This document shows, in pieces, positions 13,450-27,191 of a stretch of DNA of 64,000 nucleotides (position 1 is the first letter of the stretch; each line of letters opens with the position of its first letter). The notes under the pieces are model-generated. The model was given only the letters and a program-made list of their open reading frames with translations, searched no databases and was not told where the DNA came from. The translations under genes were made by a program, and so were the position numbers. The DNA is from Torpedo marmorata (Eukaryota). The stretch is from contig OZ360247.1 in assembly GCA_977017645.1 (NCBI GenBank), forward strand, positions 23,684,001 to 23,748,000. Direction: 5' to 3'.

Positions 13450-14057
13450 AGACGTAAGTACCGAGAATTTCCCGTCATCAATTTGCATACTTACCCTCCG
13501 GAGTGGCCGTTCACACAGGAAGGACGTTTACACTAACTTCCTGCGATGCGGTGATTTCGGAGGGTGGACGTGGGTCGACGTCGACTCGGACGTACAACCT
13601 ACGTCCGACGTACAGCGTCACTACGTCGACGTCGTCAATTACATAATTAACCTGCGTCCAAAAAAGCCTCCAGACAGAAGAGGAAAATGGCTCTCGATCC
13701 ACAGATCATGTCAAAGTCAGCAGCGAGTATGTATAGCATTATTCGAATGAACCTTAATTTCATGCATCATTTTTAAATGTGCATCAAATGGCTTGCTGCA
13801 CATTTAAAAATCCCGCGTTGCATGTCACGAGCTGAACACGTCATCAGGTACGTCGTATTCATTAGCCCATTGTTGCGGACCGCCTGCAGTTCAGTTTAGA
13901 CTGCAGGCAGTCCGCAAAATTGTCTAGGGCTGCTGCAGGAAAAATGTCAGGATGGAAATTACCAGTAGTTACTAATTTCCGTCCCGACCTTTTTACACAG
14001 CCAGCGTTGCAGGAATTTTGCGAGAATTTCCAGTCACACAGCGGCTGTGTAAAAGTC
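13450..14057. mobile_element. CpG-rich probable non-autonomous DNA transposon remnant (PIF/Harbinger-like, uncertain)
   Basis: Repeated ttcacacag/tttacacag motifs, a terminal mini-palindrome gacctttttacacagcc...ggctgtgtaaaagtc (13986-14057) and internal palindromes; no TSD identified. Confidence 0.35.
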
Positions 14058-15309
14058 ATAATAGTCATCACTTCACTGTAGGAATCACTATTGGCAACTT
14101 GTACACAAGGTGACACAGATAACAAAACGAGAAAGATCAGATCATCAATTGTAGAGATTAATATTGGCCAGGACACCTCCTGCACTTTATAGATTATTGG
14201 TAACAGAATTTATGCTAGTTTTACTCAGGGCATTAGAAACAACTCCAAAGTAATACTTTTGATTAGCCGAATACTCAGTTTAGAGTACTGCATGATCTTC
14301 CTTTTGCAGTAAAAAGAAACAAGTATTTTAAATAACAATTCAGGTAATGTGCAATGCAAAAAGCTGCATGTCTGCATTTGAACACTGGAAAATTAGATGG
14401 AGACTTTGGAAAATGCTGCAGCCTTTTTTAAATGGTTAGAGCAGCAACATTTTTTTTTCCCTTGAGACGAGGTGCATAAAAAAAACTCGACATTTGATCT
14501 GAAGACATGAAGCTGGAGAGACGGTGATCAGTCAGTTGAGTGAAATGTGTTTCCTGACTTGTGCAGGTGTTAGCTTTCACCCTCCAAACAAAAAAAGGCA
14601 ATGTTCACTCTGCAGCAGCAATCATTTCCTTTATGGCTATCAGCCTGCAGTGTATCAGGTATCACTGTGAATGTAGCAGCTTGTACTCTGACACTTCGCT
14701 AACAGGCCATTACTGTGCTGAAAGGCCGCCTCAAGAAAGAGCAGCTACTCGTTGCCAAGGGGGTTTCTACAATGTGGGATAATGGGTGGACTTGGGTTTG
14801 CTACATGCGGTGATCACCTTGCAGACTTCAAGATGGAAGCATACAGATGCTCTTTGAACTCTTTAAGGTCTTGAGTTCTTAAAGGAAAGCACAGTCCCAA
14901 TCTCATCCATTGTGAATGCGAGATCGTTTTTATTCTATTTTTGGGTTTGTAAAATCTGGTGATGAAGCAAGTGAGCCGACACTTGCAGTGCAGGTGAATA
15001 ACAAATTCCGTGCAAACTTCATGTACAGTCACCAGCTCACACTCCAGCAGTATGCTGCATTACTCTAAGAAACAAATCAAAACAGTCTTAGACAGTAATG
15101 AACGGAGAGAACTTCTTCATGGTAGGTGGGCTCAGGCCCGAAATGTCAGTAATATATCTTTACCTTCTATGGACGCTGCGAGACCCGTTGAATTCCTCCA
15201 GCATTTCTCTGTGTGTTTTAGACAGTAATGTCCGGTTTACCATTTGACCCTGAGCTGAGTTCTAGCTCTTCAGGATCCAAGCCTTAGCGCCCCCTGCCCA
15301 CCACCACCC

Positions 15310-16040
15310 TCCCCACCCTCCCAACTGGACCCTTGACTTCCTGTCTCACAGACTGCAATCAGTGAGAATGGTTAACGTCTCCTCCATGATCACACTCAAC
15401 ACCTCCCTCCACCCCATGATTGGAGAGCCAAATCCCATTCCAACTCCATCTTCAAATCTGCTGACAACACCACAGTAGTGTGCTGGGTATCAAATAATGC
15501 AAGACAGAATGCAGGAAAGAGACTGAAAGTCTGGTGGCACGTTGACATGATAACAACCTCTCTCTTAGCATTTACAAGAGAAAGGAGATGATCATTGACT
15601 TTAGGAGATGGGCAGAGTCCACATCCGTCCACATCAATGGCGATGAAGTGGAAAGAGTAGATAGCTTCAAAGTTCTTTAGAAGGAGCATCTCCACTGACC
15701 TGACCTAGGACAAGCACTTTGACTTGACAGTCAGGAAAGCAAACCAATGCCCACTCTTTCTTTGAAGACTAAAAAAGTTCAGCATGATCCCATTGTGCCT
15801 CAACAACTTCTAAGGTGCACCGTCAAAAGCATACTTGATGGATGCATCACTGTATGAGATCGGAACTGCTCTGCTTAAAATTAAAAGAAGCTCTCTGATC
15901 TATCTATACCGAAGGACCCATCATACCCAACCAACACTTCTCCCTCCTCCCATCGGGGTGAAGGCTCAAGAGTGTAAAAGGGTGCAGCAACATGCTTAAA
16001 GACGGTTTCCTCCCCACAACCATTAGTCTCCTGAATGAAC
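15310..16040 (+). mobile_element. Decayed Rex1/Babar-type LINE fragment
   Basis: caactggacccttgacttcctg, ttcaaatctgctgacaacaccacagtagtg (degenerate KFADDTTVV) and gatgatcattgactttaggag motifs. Confidence 0.6.
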
Positions 16041-16098
16041 CCCACAACAGTGCTATGGTACTAGATGATCATCCTTTTCTTTTCATTGTAATGCTATA

Positions 16099-16401
16099 CA
16101 GGTAGTCCTCAACTTACGACCGTGTTCCGTTCTGACCGACCGGTTGTATCTCGAAATGGATGTACATCGGAAATTCACTGTATCCATTTTATCGTTCGCT
16201 AAATACAACATGGTGGCTACCAAGGCCAGCTCTCATGAGAGGTTGGCCACCCTGCCATAGGCACTATTTTCCATAGATAGGCCCCTACTTTCACCCCAAA
16301 AGCGTAATTTTTATATTTACATATATTTTTTCTTTATTTTTTTTTCTGTCGTATGTACAGATGGCCGTAAGTCGCATAGGTTGTAAGTCAGGGAATTCCT
16401 G
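16099..16401. mobile_element. Tc1/mariner (Tigger-like) MITE
   Basis: TA|caggtagtcctcaacttacgacc ... ggttgtaagtcagggaattcctg|TA: imperfect TIRs and a TA TSD. Confidence 0.75.
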
Positions 16402-19054
16402 TATAACATTGAGCACAGAACAGTGCAGTGCAGGAACAGGTACTTCATGTCTGTGCCAAATATCATGTCCAAATCAATCTACCAAACCTGACAGATATCC
16501 CTCCATCCCCTTCATATTCGTGTCTATCTAGAAGCCTCTTAAATGTTCTGTTAACCTGTGAGACCACTCGCAGAAGAACCCTTCTCACTGGTCATAATGT
16601 GACAAATAAACTTAAACTTGCTTCACTATGTGACATTTAAGTTCTAATTTGCAAATATGAAATGAAAATGTTGAGGCATGAGGAAGTGAGGCACAGGACG
16701 TGGGCAAATTCTCAACATCTTAGCACAGGTTTCTGGAATGATGCTTGCTGAGGTGTGACACAAAACCACCGGATGCAAGTTACATATGAAACTAGAGCTT
16801 GTGCTTCAGGCTGGGTCTTACAATGAATGTCTCGGCTAACCACATTACCACACACCTCTTCGTGCAGTTGTCGTAGTTTTGCCTTTAAACGGAAGCCATC
16901 TTGTGAACTGCTGATTTGATGGGTTTTTGAATGTTAAGTTTGTTTAATTGTCAAGATGAAATGCAAGTATTTTGTGTGCTCATTATAAAGTATGGATTGA
17001 ATTCTGTGGCAGGTTAAATCCAAACTTTAGGAATGGGATCAGAAAATGTAAAATTCCAACTTAATTAAGTGAATAATAGGAAAATGCCTTTCTAAATCAA
17101 TCCTTATTTAGCAAGGCATTTCACGTTTTATAGTCAGTGTATGCCAGCATCTTCTTTGATCAAGCCAAGCCTCTGCTCTCATATTTTAATTTAGCTTTAC
17201 ACTGGGCCAGAACAATTTGACCACAAGCTTTTAATAGCTGTGCACTTGATGCAATGTTGAGATGTCTTACCTTATCCAGGGAGAATAATATCTGGACTCG
17301 AGTCAGAAACTGGATTAAAAACATCGAACAAAGACTTCAGTAACTTGGGAAACACTACAATTTACATTTTATAAACCATTTTAACTAGTGATACTAAAAA
17401 GACCATTTAACCATTAGTACAGTCCCTGAAGTGGACTTAACCATATAAACCTGTAAGGTTTTGGGTTCAGTTCCTAGTCTTTTCTGAGGGAATTAATGCT
17501 GTAGATCAAGGATGCAGATTTTAACATCAGAAGGCTACTGAGTGGTTCCTGTTAAACACTCTACTTGTTTAGGTATTGGGTGAAGGGATGGATTAGACTT
17601 GGCTGCAGTTCAACCACTAGAGGTGTTCTCTGCCAATACCCACTCTCTCAGCTCATACACTTAGAGAACCCACTTAAAAGAGGAAATGCAAGGAAACCAG
17701 GAACTCACTCCCAGAAGGAGCAGAGTAAAAAGGGAAAATCAATTGAAGCAGAAATTTAAAAAAAAAAATCATGAATACATCAACTAGCAAAAATGATAAA
17801 ATCATAAGTTTTATATTAACAGAAATTCAGTGTTAAAATAATGGCCAATTTAATTCCTAGATTTAAAGGGATGCTGATGTTTTGTTTAAAAAGTGGCTGC
17901 TCTTCCAAAAATGACTAAAATAGATGAGTTGCATCAGATCTCCCTCTCACATTTCAGAATTAAATAAAATCTTTCTTGGTTCAACTTTATTGCAGTGTAA
18001 TCAATGAACAATTGGTAAATGAGTCAACTTCACAGAGTCCCACTGGTAGCCAGTGTCCCAGAGAACCAACTTCCCTCCTTTCCCTGCATCACCTCGTCCC
18101 AACTCTGTACAGCAGTTCCTATCTTCCATTCCTTTCAGAATTACTGCTCATCTCCTTTTCCTAACATTTCTCCAGCATGGGCCAATATTAGCACCATTAT
18201 GCCTTGACTATTTTTTTTAAAAATTATCTTCAAATTTTTGCCATCATTTAAAAATGATTCTAAATAAAGTAATCACGTCCATACGCAGCCTTCCTCATTC
18301 GTGCTTTTGGCTTAGCCTACAATCAATTGCCTTGTGCCCTGCCTTTGTACGAGGAAACACAATTTTATTTTGCAAGTTTAGATCAAGGTGAATGGGAGAT
18401 GCTTGTTAAGACTGATGAATGCAGAGGTAGACATATGTCCTAACTCCAGCATTAGCACTATCCAAGCTCAACTATGATACTTTGGTGGGATAAATCACCA
18501 AGTCCCTCCCTAGTGAATCATTTATAAGCTGACAGCACAAATTCTATTGATACCATGAAGCTATAAGTGAACAAAAGCAAGCAAAAAGGAGGAAATGTGC
18601 ATCTTCACTGCCAGGCCAATAAAAATACAGTGAGTTTGATTCACTTGCACTTATTCAAGTTACTTCAAAGATTGATTCTATAAAGAAAGCACAATTCATC
18701 TCATTAGATTACTGCCCAGGTGAAGACAGAAAGGTAACCCACATGGTAAATGGATTAACAGAGCCCTCCAATGAGAACTCGCACATATCCCCAATTAGAG
18801 ACCAGCTCAGGATGCTGCAAAATATTTCACAGGAAGTAACATCCTTTGACATGTAGTCACTGCTGTGGAAACAGGACAACCAATTTGCTCACAGGAAGTT
18901 TGCATGGGTAAGAGATAATGTCCAGACAATGATTTTGTTTTCAGGACACCAAGGAAAACTTGCAAAAGACATGGGATTTTTATATTACCAATTGTAAGGA
19001 CTTTGGCTAAGATCCCCATTCAAAAGTTTTTTTAAAATTTAAATATAATTTTAT

Positions 19055-19384
19055 TTAAATTTAGACATACAGCATGGTAACAGGCCATTTCGGCCCACAG
19101 GTCCGTGCCGCCCAATTTACACCCAATTAACCTATACCCCCGGTATGTTAGCATGGTAACAGGCCATTTCGGCCCACAGGTCCGTGCCGCCCCATTTACA
19201 CCCAATTAACCTATACCCCCGGTATGTTTCGAACGGTGGGAGGAAACTGGAGCCCCCGGGGAAAACCCACGCAGACACGGGGAGAATTACAAACTTCCTT
19301 AGACAGTGCGGGATTCGAACCCAGGTCCCGATCACTGGCGCTGTAAAGGCATTGCACTAACCGCTACGGCAACTGTGCCGCCCA
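19055..19384 (-). mobile_element. V-SINE with an internal ~79-bp tandem duplication
   Basis: agcatggtaacaggccatttcggcccacaggtccgtgccgccc...ggtatgtt occurs at 19071 and again at 19150. Confidence 0.85.
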
Positions 19385-20019
19385 ATTTAATGGCTGTGCT
19401 TAAATTTTACACATTTACCATAGTTTTTTTTTTAATGCATAGCTCAACAATGGTAAAATAGTGCACAAGGTGGACAATGATGTTTCCAATTGGCCTTCTG
19501 CTTTCAAAATTACCTATTTGAACACAGACTTTGCATCATGGGGTTTAGAGCCAAGTTGAAAAATCAATCCTTGATAGGTAGACGGACAAGAAGCCGTATT
19601 AATTTCACATCACCATATATGGAGAACAGCTTCTATCATTAGGAGTGATCTGCTGATGGTTACAGCAGACAGTCTGATTTTGGTCATGCTAATCAAGTGC
19701 TGAAGGATGTGGCTTCACAAACGTCTGCTGTTATAACAGGAAGTGCGTGCAAACTACAGCTGTTTTAAGATCTTCTAAATCTGCCTCCCTTCAATACTTC
19801 AGCACCAATTAAACATCTCAGCAGTTTCTGGAGAAAAGTTCCAATTGCAAAAATTATTTAAATCTTTTGAGTCATTTTCAAAAATACCAAACTAGGTTTG
19901 CATTAATTTCAACATCTTCAGTAATGAGGATATAGAATTTACCCCACCCCCCCCCCCCTCCCTCTTCCACACCCCTCACTATCACACCCAATCTCCACAT
20001 CCTCCCAAAGAAGAGCAGG

Positions 20020-22115
20020 TTAGAAACATAGAAAATAGGTGCAGGAGTAGGCCATTCGGCCCATTCAGTCTGATCATGGCTGATCATCCAACTCAATACC
20101 CTGTACCTGCTTTCTCACCAAACCCCCTGATCCCCTTAGCCACAAGGACCACATCTAACTCCCTCTTAAATATAGCCAATGAACTGGCCTCTACTCTTTC
20201 CTGTGGCAGAGAATTCCACAGATTCTCCACTCTGTGTGAAGAAACTTTTCCTCATCTCAGTCCTAAAAGATTTCCCCCTTATCCTTAAACTGTGACCCCT
20301 GGTTCTAGACTTTCCCAACATCGGGAACAATCTTCCTGCATCTAGCTTATCTAATCCCTTAAGAATTTTATATGTTTCAATAAGATCCCCCCTCAATCTT
20401 CGAAATCCCAGTGAGTATAAGCCTAGTCGGCCAAGTCTTTCTTCATATGAAAGTCCTGCCATCCCAGGAATCAATCTGGTGAATCTTCTCTGCACACCCT
20501 CTATGGCAAGAATGTCTTTCCTCAGATTAGGAGACCAAAACTGTACACAATACTCCAAGTGTGGTCTCACCAAGGCCCTGTACAACTGCAGCAGAACCTC
20601 CCTGCTCCTGTACTCGAATCCCCTTGCTATAAATGCCAACATACCATTCGCCTTTTTCACTGCCTGCTGTACCTGCATGCCCACTTTCAAAGACTGGTGT
20701 ACAATGACACCCAGGTCTCGTTGCACCTCTCCTTTTCCTAATCGGCCACCATTCACATAATAATCTGCTTTCCTGTTCTTGCCACCAAAGTGGATAACCT
20801 CACATTTATCCACATTATACTGCATCTGCCATGCATTTGCCCACTCACCCAACCTATCTAAGTCCCCCTGCATCTGCTTAGCATCTTCCTCACAGCTAAT
20901 ACTGCTGCCCAGCTTCGTGTCATCCTCAAACTTGGAGATGTCGCTTTCAATCCCCTCGTCTAAATCATTAATATATATTGTAAATAACTGGGGTCCCAGC
21001 ACCAAGCCTTGTGGTACCCCGCTAGTAACTGCCCGCCATTCTGACAAGGACCCGTTTATTCCCACTCTCTGCCTCCTGTCTGCCAACCAATTTTCTATCC
21101 ACATCAATACCATACCCCCAATACCGTGTGCTTTAAGTTTGCACACTAATCTCTTGTGTGGGACCTTATCAAAAGCCTTTTGAAAATCCAAATATACCAC
21201 ATCCACTGGTTCTCCCTTATCTACTCTACTAGTTACATCCTCGAAAAATTCTATAAGATTCGTCAGACATGGTTTTCCTTTCATAAATCCATGCTGACTT
21301 TGTCCGATGATTTCACCGCTTTCCTAATGTGCTGCTATCACATCTTTAATAACTGACTCTAGCATTTTCCCTACTACCAACGTCAGGCTAACTGGTCTAT
21401 AATTTCCCGTTTTCTCTCTCCCTCCCTTTTTGAAAAGTGGGGTTACATTAGCTACCCTCCAATCCTCAGGAACTACTCCAGAATCTAAAGAGTTTTGAAA
21501 AATTATCACTAATGCATCCACTATTTCTGGGGCTACTTCCTTAAGCACTCTGGGATGCAGACTATCTGGCCCTGGGGATTTATCTGACTTTAATCCCTTC
21601 AATTTACCTAACACAACTTCCCAACAAACATGTATTTCCTTCAGTTCCTCCATCTTATTAGACTTTCGGTCCCCTACTATTTCCAGAATATTATTTATGT
21701 CCTCCTTAGTGAAGACAGAACCAAAGTAGTTATTCAATTGGTCTGCCATGTCCTTGTTCCCCATGATCAATTCACCTGTTTCTGTCTGTAAGGGACCTAC
21801 ATTTGTTTTAACTAATCTTTTTCTCTTCACATATCTGTAAAAGCTTTTACAGTCAGTTTTTATGTTCCCTGCCAGCTTTCTCTCATAATCTATTTTCCCT
21901 TTCCTAATTAAGCCCTTTGTCCTCCTCTGCTGGACTCTGAATTTCTCCCAGTCCTCAGGAATGGTGTTTTTTCTGGCTAATTTATATGTTACTTCTTTGG
22001 ATTTGATACTATCCCTGATTTCCCTTGTTAGCCACAGGTGCACTATTTTCCCTGGTTTATTATTTTGCCAAACTGGGGTGAACAGTTGTAGTTCATCCAT
22101 GCGATCTTTAAATTC
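20020..22115 (-). mobile_element. CR1 LINE, ~2.1 kb, near-intact RT region (5'-truncated, frameshifted)
   Basis: ORFs 21324-22133 and 20166-21284: KSPGPD, NYRPVSL, VYLDFQKAFDKVPH, GVPQG, KFEDD (FADD variant), RPHLEYCVQFWSP. Confidence 0.95.
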
Positions 22116-22519
22116 TTTAAGGTTTATCTTCACTGTCAGGCCAACAATCCAATGGATTGCATGAATGCATGATTTTCATTTCATTTATTTCAAATCCTTT
22201 ATAAATATAGATTTCATAAAGGATACAAAATTGAGCTTGTTAGATTACTGCTTAAGTGGTGAAGGCAAAAATCCAATCCACATATGCTGTGGATAAACTG
22301 AACTGTCAAGTGTATTTGCCTTTGAGAAGATGCACATTCTCCCGATTAGTGACGTCTCCTGGGTTTCTGTGGGAAGCTAATTCACATAGTCTGCTGGGTC
22401 AAACTGCAGAGAATTCATTCCAGGCTATTTGCTTACAAATCTGAATTATTGGTTCAAAGGAGCCACTACTGGATAAATGGAAACATCTGAGGGAAATAAT
22501 TTTAATTTAAATTTATTTT

Positions 22520-22757
22520 TTAAATTTAAATTTCTACATACAGCAGTAACAGGCCCTTTCGGCCCACGAGCCCGTGCCGCTCAAATACCCCAATTAACAT
22601 ACAACCCATGTATGTTTTGAAGGGTGGGAGGAAACCGGAGCACCCGGAGGAAACCCACGCAGGCACAGGGAGAACATACAAACTCCTTACAGGCAGCGCT
22701 GGATTCGAACCCAAGTCGCTGGCGCTGTAACAGTGTTGCGCTAACCATGCCGCCCCA
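22520..22757 (-). mobile_element. V-SINE
   Basis: Family consensus match. Confidence 0.8.
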
Positions 22758-23519
22758 GTAATACAATGCAAATTTAATGAAATGCTTTGTGGATGATGCA
22801 ATTTAAATTATGTGGTAATATGATCATTTTTCTGAAGTCCTTTCCCATTTGGAGTTCACCAGGAATAATTTTGTGATGAATGTTTCTGGTAATGTAATGT
22901 CCCTCTCACATTGTTGCATAGACAATGGTTTAGAAGCCTTGGTGACGTGCAAATGATCAGTAACCACCGTGATCATGGCTCTGCTCCACAGAAATTCAGC
23001 AGCACCCCAGGCATCGAGTGCGACAGGTTCAGCTCTATGGTTGGCAAGGCCATGTGCTGTGGCACTACAGAGTATGCAAATGAACACAGGTATGCCTCAG
23101 GAGAGAGGAAGGGGATGGGGTGCAGGTTAGCTGTAGACGGTTGGGAATCAAAACAGAAGTGTTGCACTAAAGATGAGTGCCCAGTCAAACTTTTGGAGTG
23201 ATGTGATTGAACTGGGAAACCATTGTAGTCAGTTTCCACTTTGGGAATCAATGGTTTTCTCTGTTGTTAGCACTGAAAAAGGAAACTTGCTTCTGGTCCT
23301 GAATACGACTTCATTCAAACATATCAGTTTTCAGGAAAAGTAGTTCTGGAAATGGGAACACTGGATAAAAATATCAATTTTTTATGTTAAAAAAATGAAC
23401 TTGTATCACACTTCTTGAGATATTTACTGGTCAGTGCATTGGGATTACTATTAAAGAAAACGGCGTGACAACTCATGAGATAATTGATCCACTAATCTAG
23501 TAATCTAGGACACTGAACC

Positions 23520-23952
23520 TCTGACCTATCGTGGACAATCAACATCTCCTCACTTGTCAGGAAGGCGCAACAGCGACTGCACTTCCTGAGAAGGCTGAAG
23601 CGGGCAAGACTACCGGCCACCATTATGTCAACCTTCTACAGGAGCTCTATCGAGAGCATCCAGGCTGGCTGCATCACAGTGTGGTATGGTTGCTGCAGAG
23701 AAATGGATTGGAGGACAATCCACAGGACCATAAGAGTGGCAGAGAGGATCACTGGAGTCTCCCTCCTCCCCACCATCGACGTGATCTACCGTTGGGAAAC
23801 AGATACAGGAGTATCAGAGCCAGCACCACCAGGCTGAGGAACAACGTCTTCCCACGTATATTGTTTATCTGAATGTGTGTTTTGTGGAGGACTGGAGAAC
23901 GCTGTTTCGTCGGGTTGTACTTGTGCAATCAGATGACAATAAACTTGACTTG
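23520..23952 (+). mobile_element. Rex1/Babar-type LINE 3' fragment
   Basis: FYRSSIESIQAGCITVWYG; tail aataaacttgacttga. Confidence 0.75.
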
Positions 23953-24638
23953 ATCATGGTGAATTCTGTTGTGTTCAATCAATAGTGCTATTAAATCGTA
24001 AACTTTCAACTACACAGGCAGCATAGTTTACTATCTCATCAAAATGACAGCACTTCTTAAAATGTAGCACCACTGAAATATAATTAGGTCAAGTGGCGAA
24101 GTGTGGAACATCAATTTGAACCCACAATTTTCGCTCTCAAATGTGACTACACCACCACTGGAAAAATGCCACTCAGAGATAGATTTTTGTCAAAAGCCTG
24201 AGAATGACGACTGAGAAAAGATCCCTGGGGTTCTGATGTCATTGCCATTTCAACCCTTCTGTTAGACTTTGCTGCTGTAAGCACTTACACATTTGTAGAA
24301 ATATCAAGGCAAAACAGGTTCTTCAAAGTCCACAGATGGCATTTCCCTCCAAAGCCTTCCAAATGTATCATTTTTCTTAGAATTTTATGTCACCTACGAG
24401 AAGTCCACAGATTACCAGTCATACAAGATCAGGTACTCATTGCTCAAAATAGGAGAGATTTAATAAAGAAACTCTTGTCACATTTTTGTACTCAGAGGCC
24501 ATACTTCATGCCCTTATATTATCCTACATAGGGATTAGCAAATGCTCAGATCCCACACCTCAAGTGAAGTTGCAGGCCACCAGGAAAGGAAATTCCCATG
24601 TTTCGTATTGACAAAGAACATCTCAAGATCCTACTCAC

Positions 24639-24851
24639 TATTCCAGCACCAGGATGATTTCCGAAGTCGTCTCATACACTTCATGCAAGTCCACCACATG
24701 GGAGTTGCTTTTCGCTATCTCAAGGATTGCAATCTCGTTGATAATGTCCATGCGGCAATCTTGACCTTTCCTTCGTTTTCTTAAGAACTTTGCTGCGTAT
24801 TCCTTTCCGGAGGCATTTTCCATGCACTTCTTGACAACTGCAAACTTTCCC
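24639..24851 (-). CDS. stk17a-like: Coding exon 2 of the DRAK/STK17A-like kinase (N-lobe)
   Basis: Acceptor tttctttctgctcacag|G and donor TA|gtgagt; 213 nt. Encodes (R)[70 protein letters not shown](Y), containing the AAK catalytic Lys and the DAPK/DRAK basic loop KRRKGQDCR. Confidence 0.95.
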
Positions 24852-25589
24852 CTGTGAGCAGAAAGAAACATCCACATCATTGGCTACTGCCTTTAGGTAA
24901 AAGAGTGGCACATCGCATGGAGTCTGCTTATTGCTGGCAGAAGGCATTCACTATGCTAGGCCGACACCCATGTCAGCTCACCATCTTTGAATGTTGAGTT
25001 GCTGTATGTAACCCATGTTAGTAAGTCCAATATGACAGTGAGGCGGCAGACTTGTACAACATGCAATGTGGAAAACAAATCAGTTGCTGAAAACTTTATG
25101 GCTTCAATCTACTGCAAAGCCAAATGGATGAGTGCAGTTCCAACAGTGTTTAAGACACTTAACATCAACCACAGCAGTAAAGTCTGCTCGTTTTACATCC
25201 ATCCACTTGAATAAACATCCATTCCCACCACTGCTAATAGATCATGGCTGCAGTGCAGACCAATGCACTGCAGCAACTCGCTAAGGCGTCCTTCGACAAC
25301 ATCCTCAAAACCTGTGACCTTCACAACTTAGAAAGACAAGGTAATATAACGCAAGCATTTTCCTATTGACCCTCACATAAGCCACTGCTCCCCATGACAT
25401 CACCTACTGTCCCATTAGAAATATATTCCTCTACTTTTATTGTCTTTGCTAAAAAATCCTGGAACTCTCCATCTAACCACACTGGGGTAAACTTGCAAAG
25501 ACTGATATTATTCGGGATAGCAGCTCAGCATTCCAATTTCGTAAGAACAATTAATGACAGGGTGTAAATGCTAACCTTGCAAATGATTT

Positions 25590-26195
25590 GTACAATTTCA
25601 AGTTTATTATCATCTGATTGCACAAGTACAACCCGATGAAACAGCGTTCTCCGGTCCTCAGTGCAAAACGTGCAGGCACAAAACCAGACATAATACACAC
25701 AAGAACATAAGAAATGGGAGCAGGAATAGACATCCGGCCCGTCGAGCCTGCTCCACTATTGAATGAGATCATGGCTGATCTGATGATTGGCTCATCTCCA
25801 CCTACCTGCCTTTTCCCCATATCCCTTAAATTCCCTTGCTATGTAAAAGTCTATCCAACCTGGTTTTAAATATATTTACTGAGATAGTCTCCACTGCTTC
25901 ATGGGCAGTGAATTCCATAGATTCACCACCCTCTGGGGAAAGCAGTTCCTCCTCATCTCCATCCTAAATCTACAACCCTGAATTTTGAGGCTATGTCTGT
26001 ATGTAGTCCCTAGTTCTACAATCAAACAAACAATACATATGCAGGACAAATATACATATAAATAAATATTGCTTAGTGATTAGAGTCTCAGATGGTTAGT
26101 GTGAGCAGTTCCTTTGGTCGTTCAGCATTCTCACTGCCAGTGGGAAGATGTTTCTCAGCCTGGTGGTGCTGGCTCTAATATTCCTGTATCTCTTT
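25590..26195 (-). mobile_element. Rex1/Babar-type 3' fragment with a nested CR1 3' fragment (~25700-26020)
   Basis: Tail matches the reverse complement of 23890-23950; the internal aagaacataagaa...ccctagttcta segment is a CR1 3'UTR. Confidence 0.65.
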
Positions 26196-27191
26196 ACTGT
26201 GAATCCTGTGAATGTAAAAAAATTGTCTAAAATTTTACCCCCTCTCTGATATTCAGCTGTTGAAGCAAGGCAAGCAATCCCAAAGTATCAGTCCTCAGAT
26301 TTATTGTGAAAAATGGTTGCATTATATTGACAATGACATGATGAATCATGATTGCAAAACAGTTGCCTGCTTCCCCTGCTAATTTTAACATAGTAAACAT
26401 CCCCCATTCACCAACCCTCCATCCCAGTTTTGAAGGCAACGTGAATGAGATAACAGGAGCTTTCAAGGTCAGACAAAATTGGCTTGATAGGAATGAGAAA
26501 CAAAACAAAAACATTTGTATCGCTCCTGGGAAAGATGCAGAAAAAAATGATACAGCTCAAATTTTCCTGGATTCCTCTCAGGGATGGAAAACAACAAAGC
26601 AGGTTTGTTTTTATTTTGTCAGAAGGTCATAAATAACTGAGTAACTACAGATAGTGTAGGAAAAACACAATCTTCTTCATATGTTAAACGCGCGGTGCAT
26701 TGGCTTCACATTTCAGTAGGGAAGTGCAACTTGTCACTGCCTGAAATTACTCGTTTCCTGCAAGCAACCATGCCCTGGTTTCTACCCAATTGTCTTTTCC
26801 TATTTATCATCATGGCTATTTGAATCAGCTGGAAATTCAATCATGTATACCAAATCCCAATTCTGGCTGTAACCCACGAATTTGAGAGGCTTGTGGTAGT
26901 TAACTTCCAAATCTATAAAGATACGTGAGAAATATCGTAATAGGAAGCCTACTGAATGCTGGTTGTGCAATTCAGAAGATTATTACAGAAGTCGTTTGAA
27001 ATCAAAATGTCTTGAGTCAGAATTATTTAACCTTTCGGCTGGTTTTCACATCTTAAAATATTGCATGCGAGCTTCACTGGAATGCAATAAATTCCACAGA
27101 GTCCCACAACTTTTCCCTTGAACTATTTTAGTATATTTTTTCGTAAGTTCACTAGAATGTGGTGGCTGGCTTCCTTTCAAGTATTCTGGAC

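Noticed and set aside
1-24638. Search for kinase exon 3 (expected Y-AAGGEIF...HLDLK)
   Set aside because: No matching peptide found by eye on the minus strand; it probably lies left of the window, though a miss is possible without tBLASTn.
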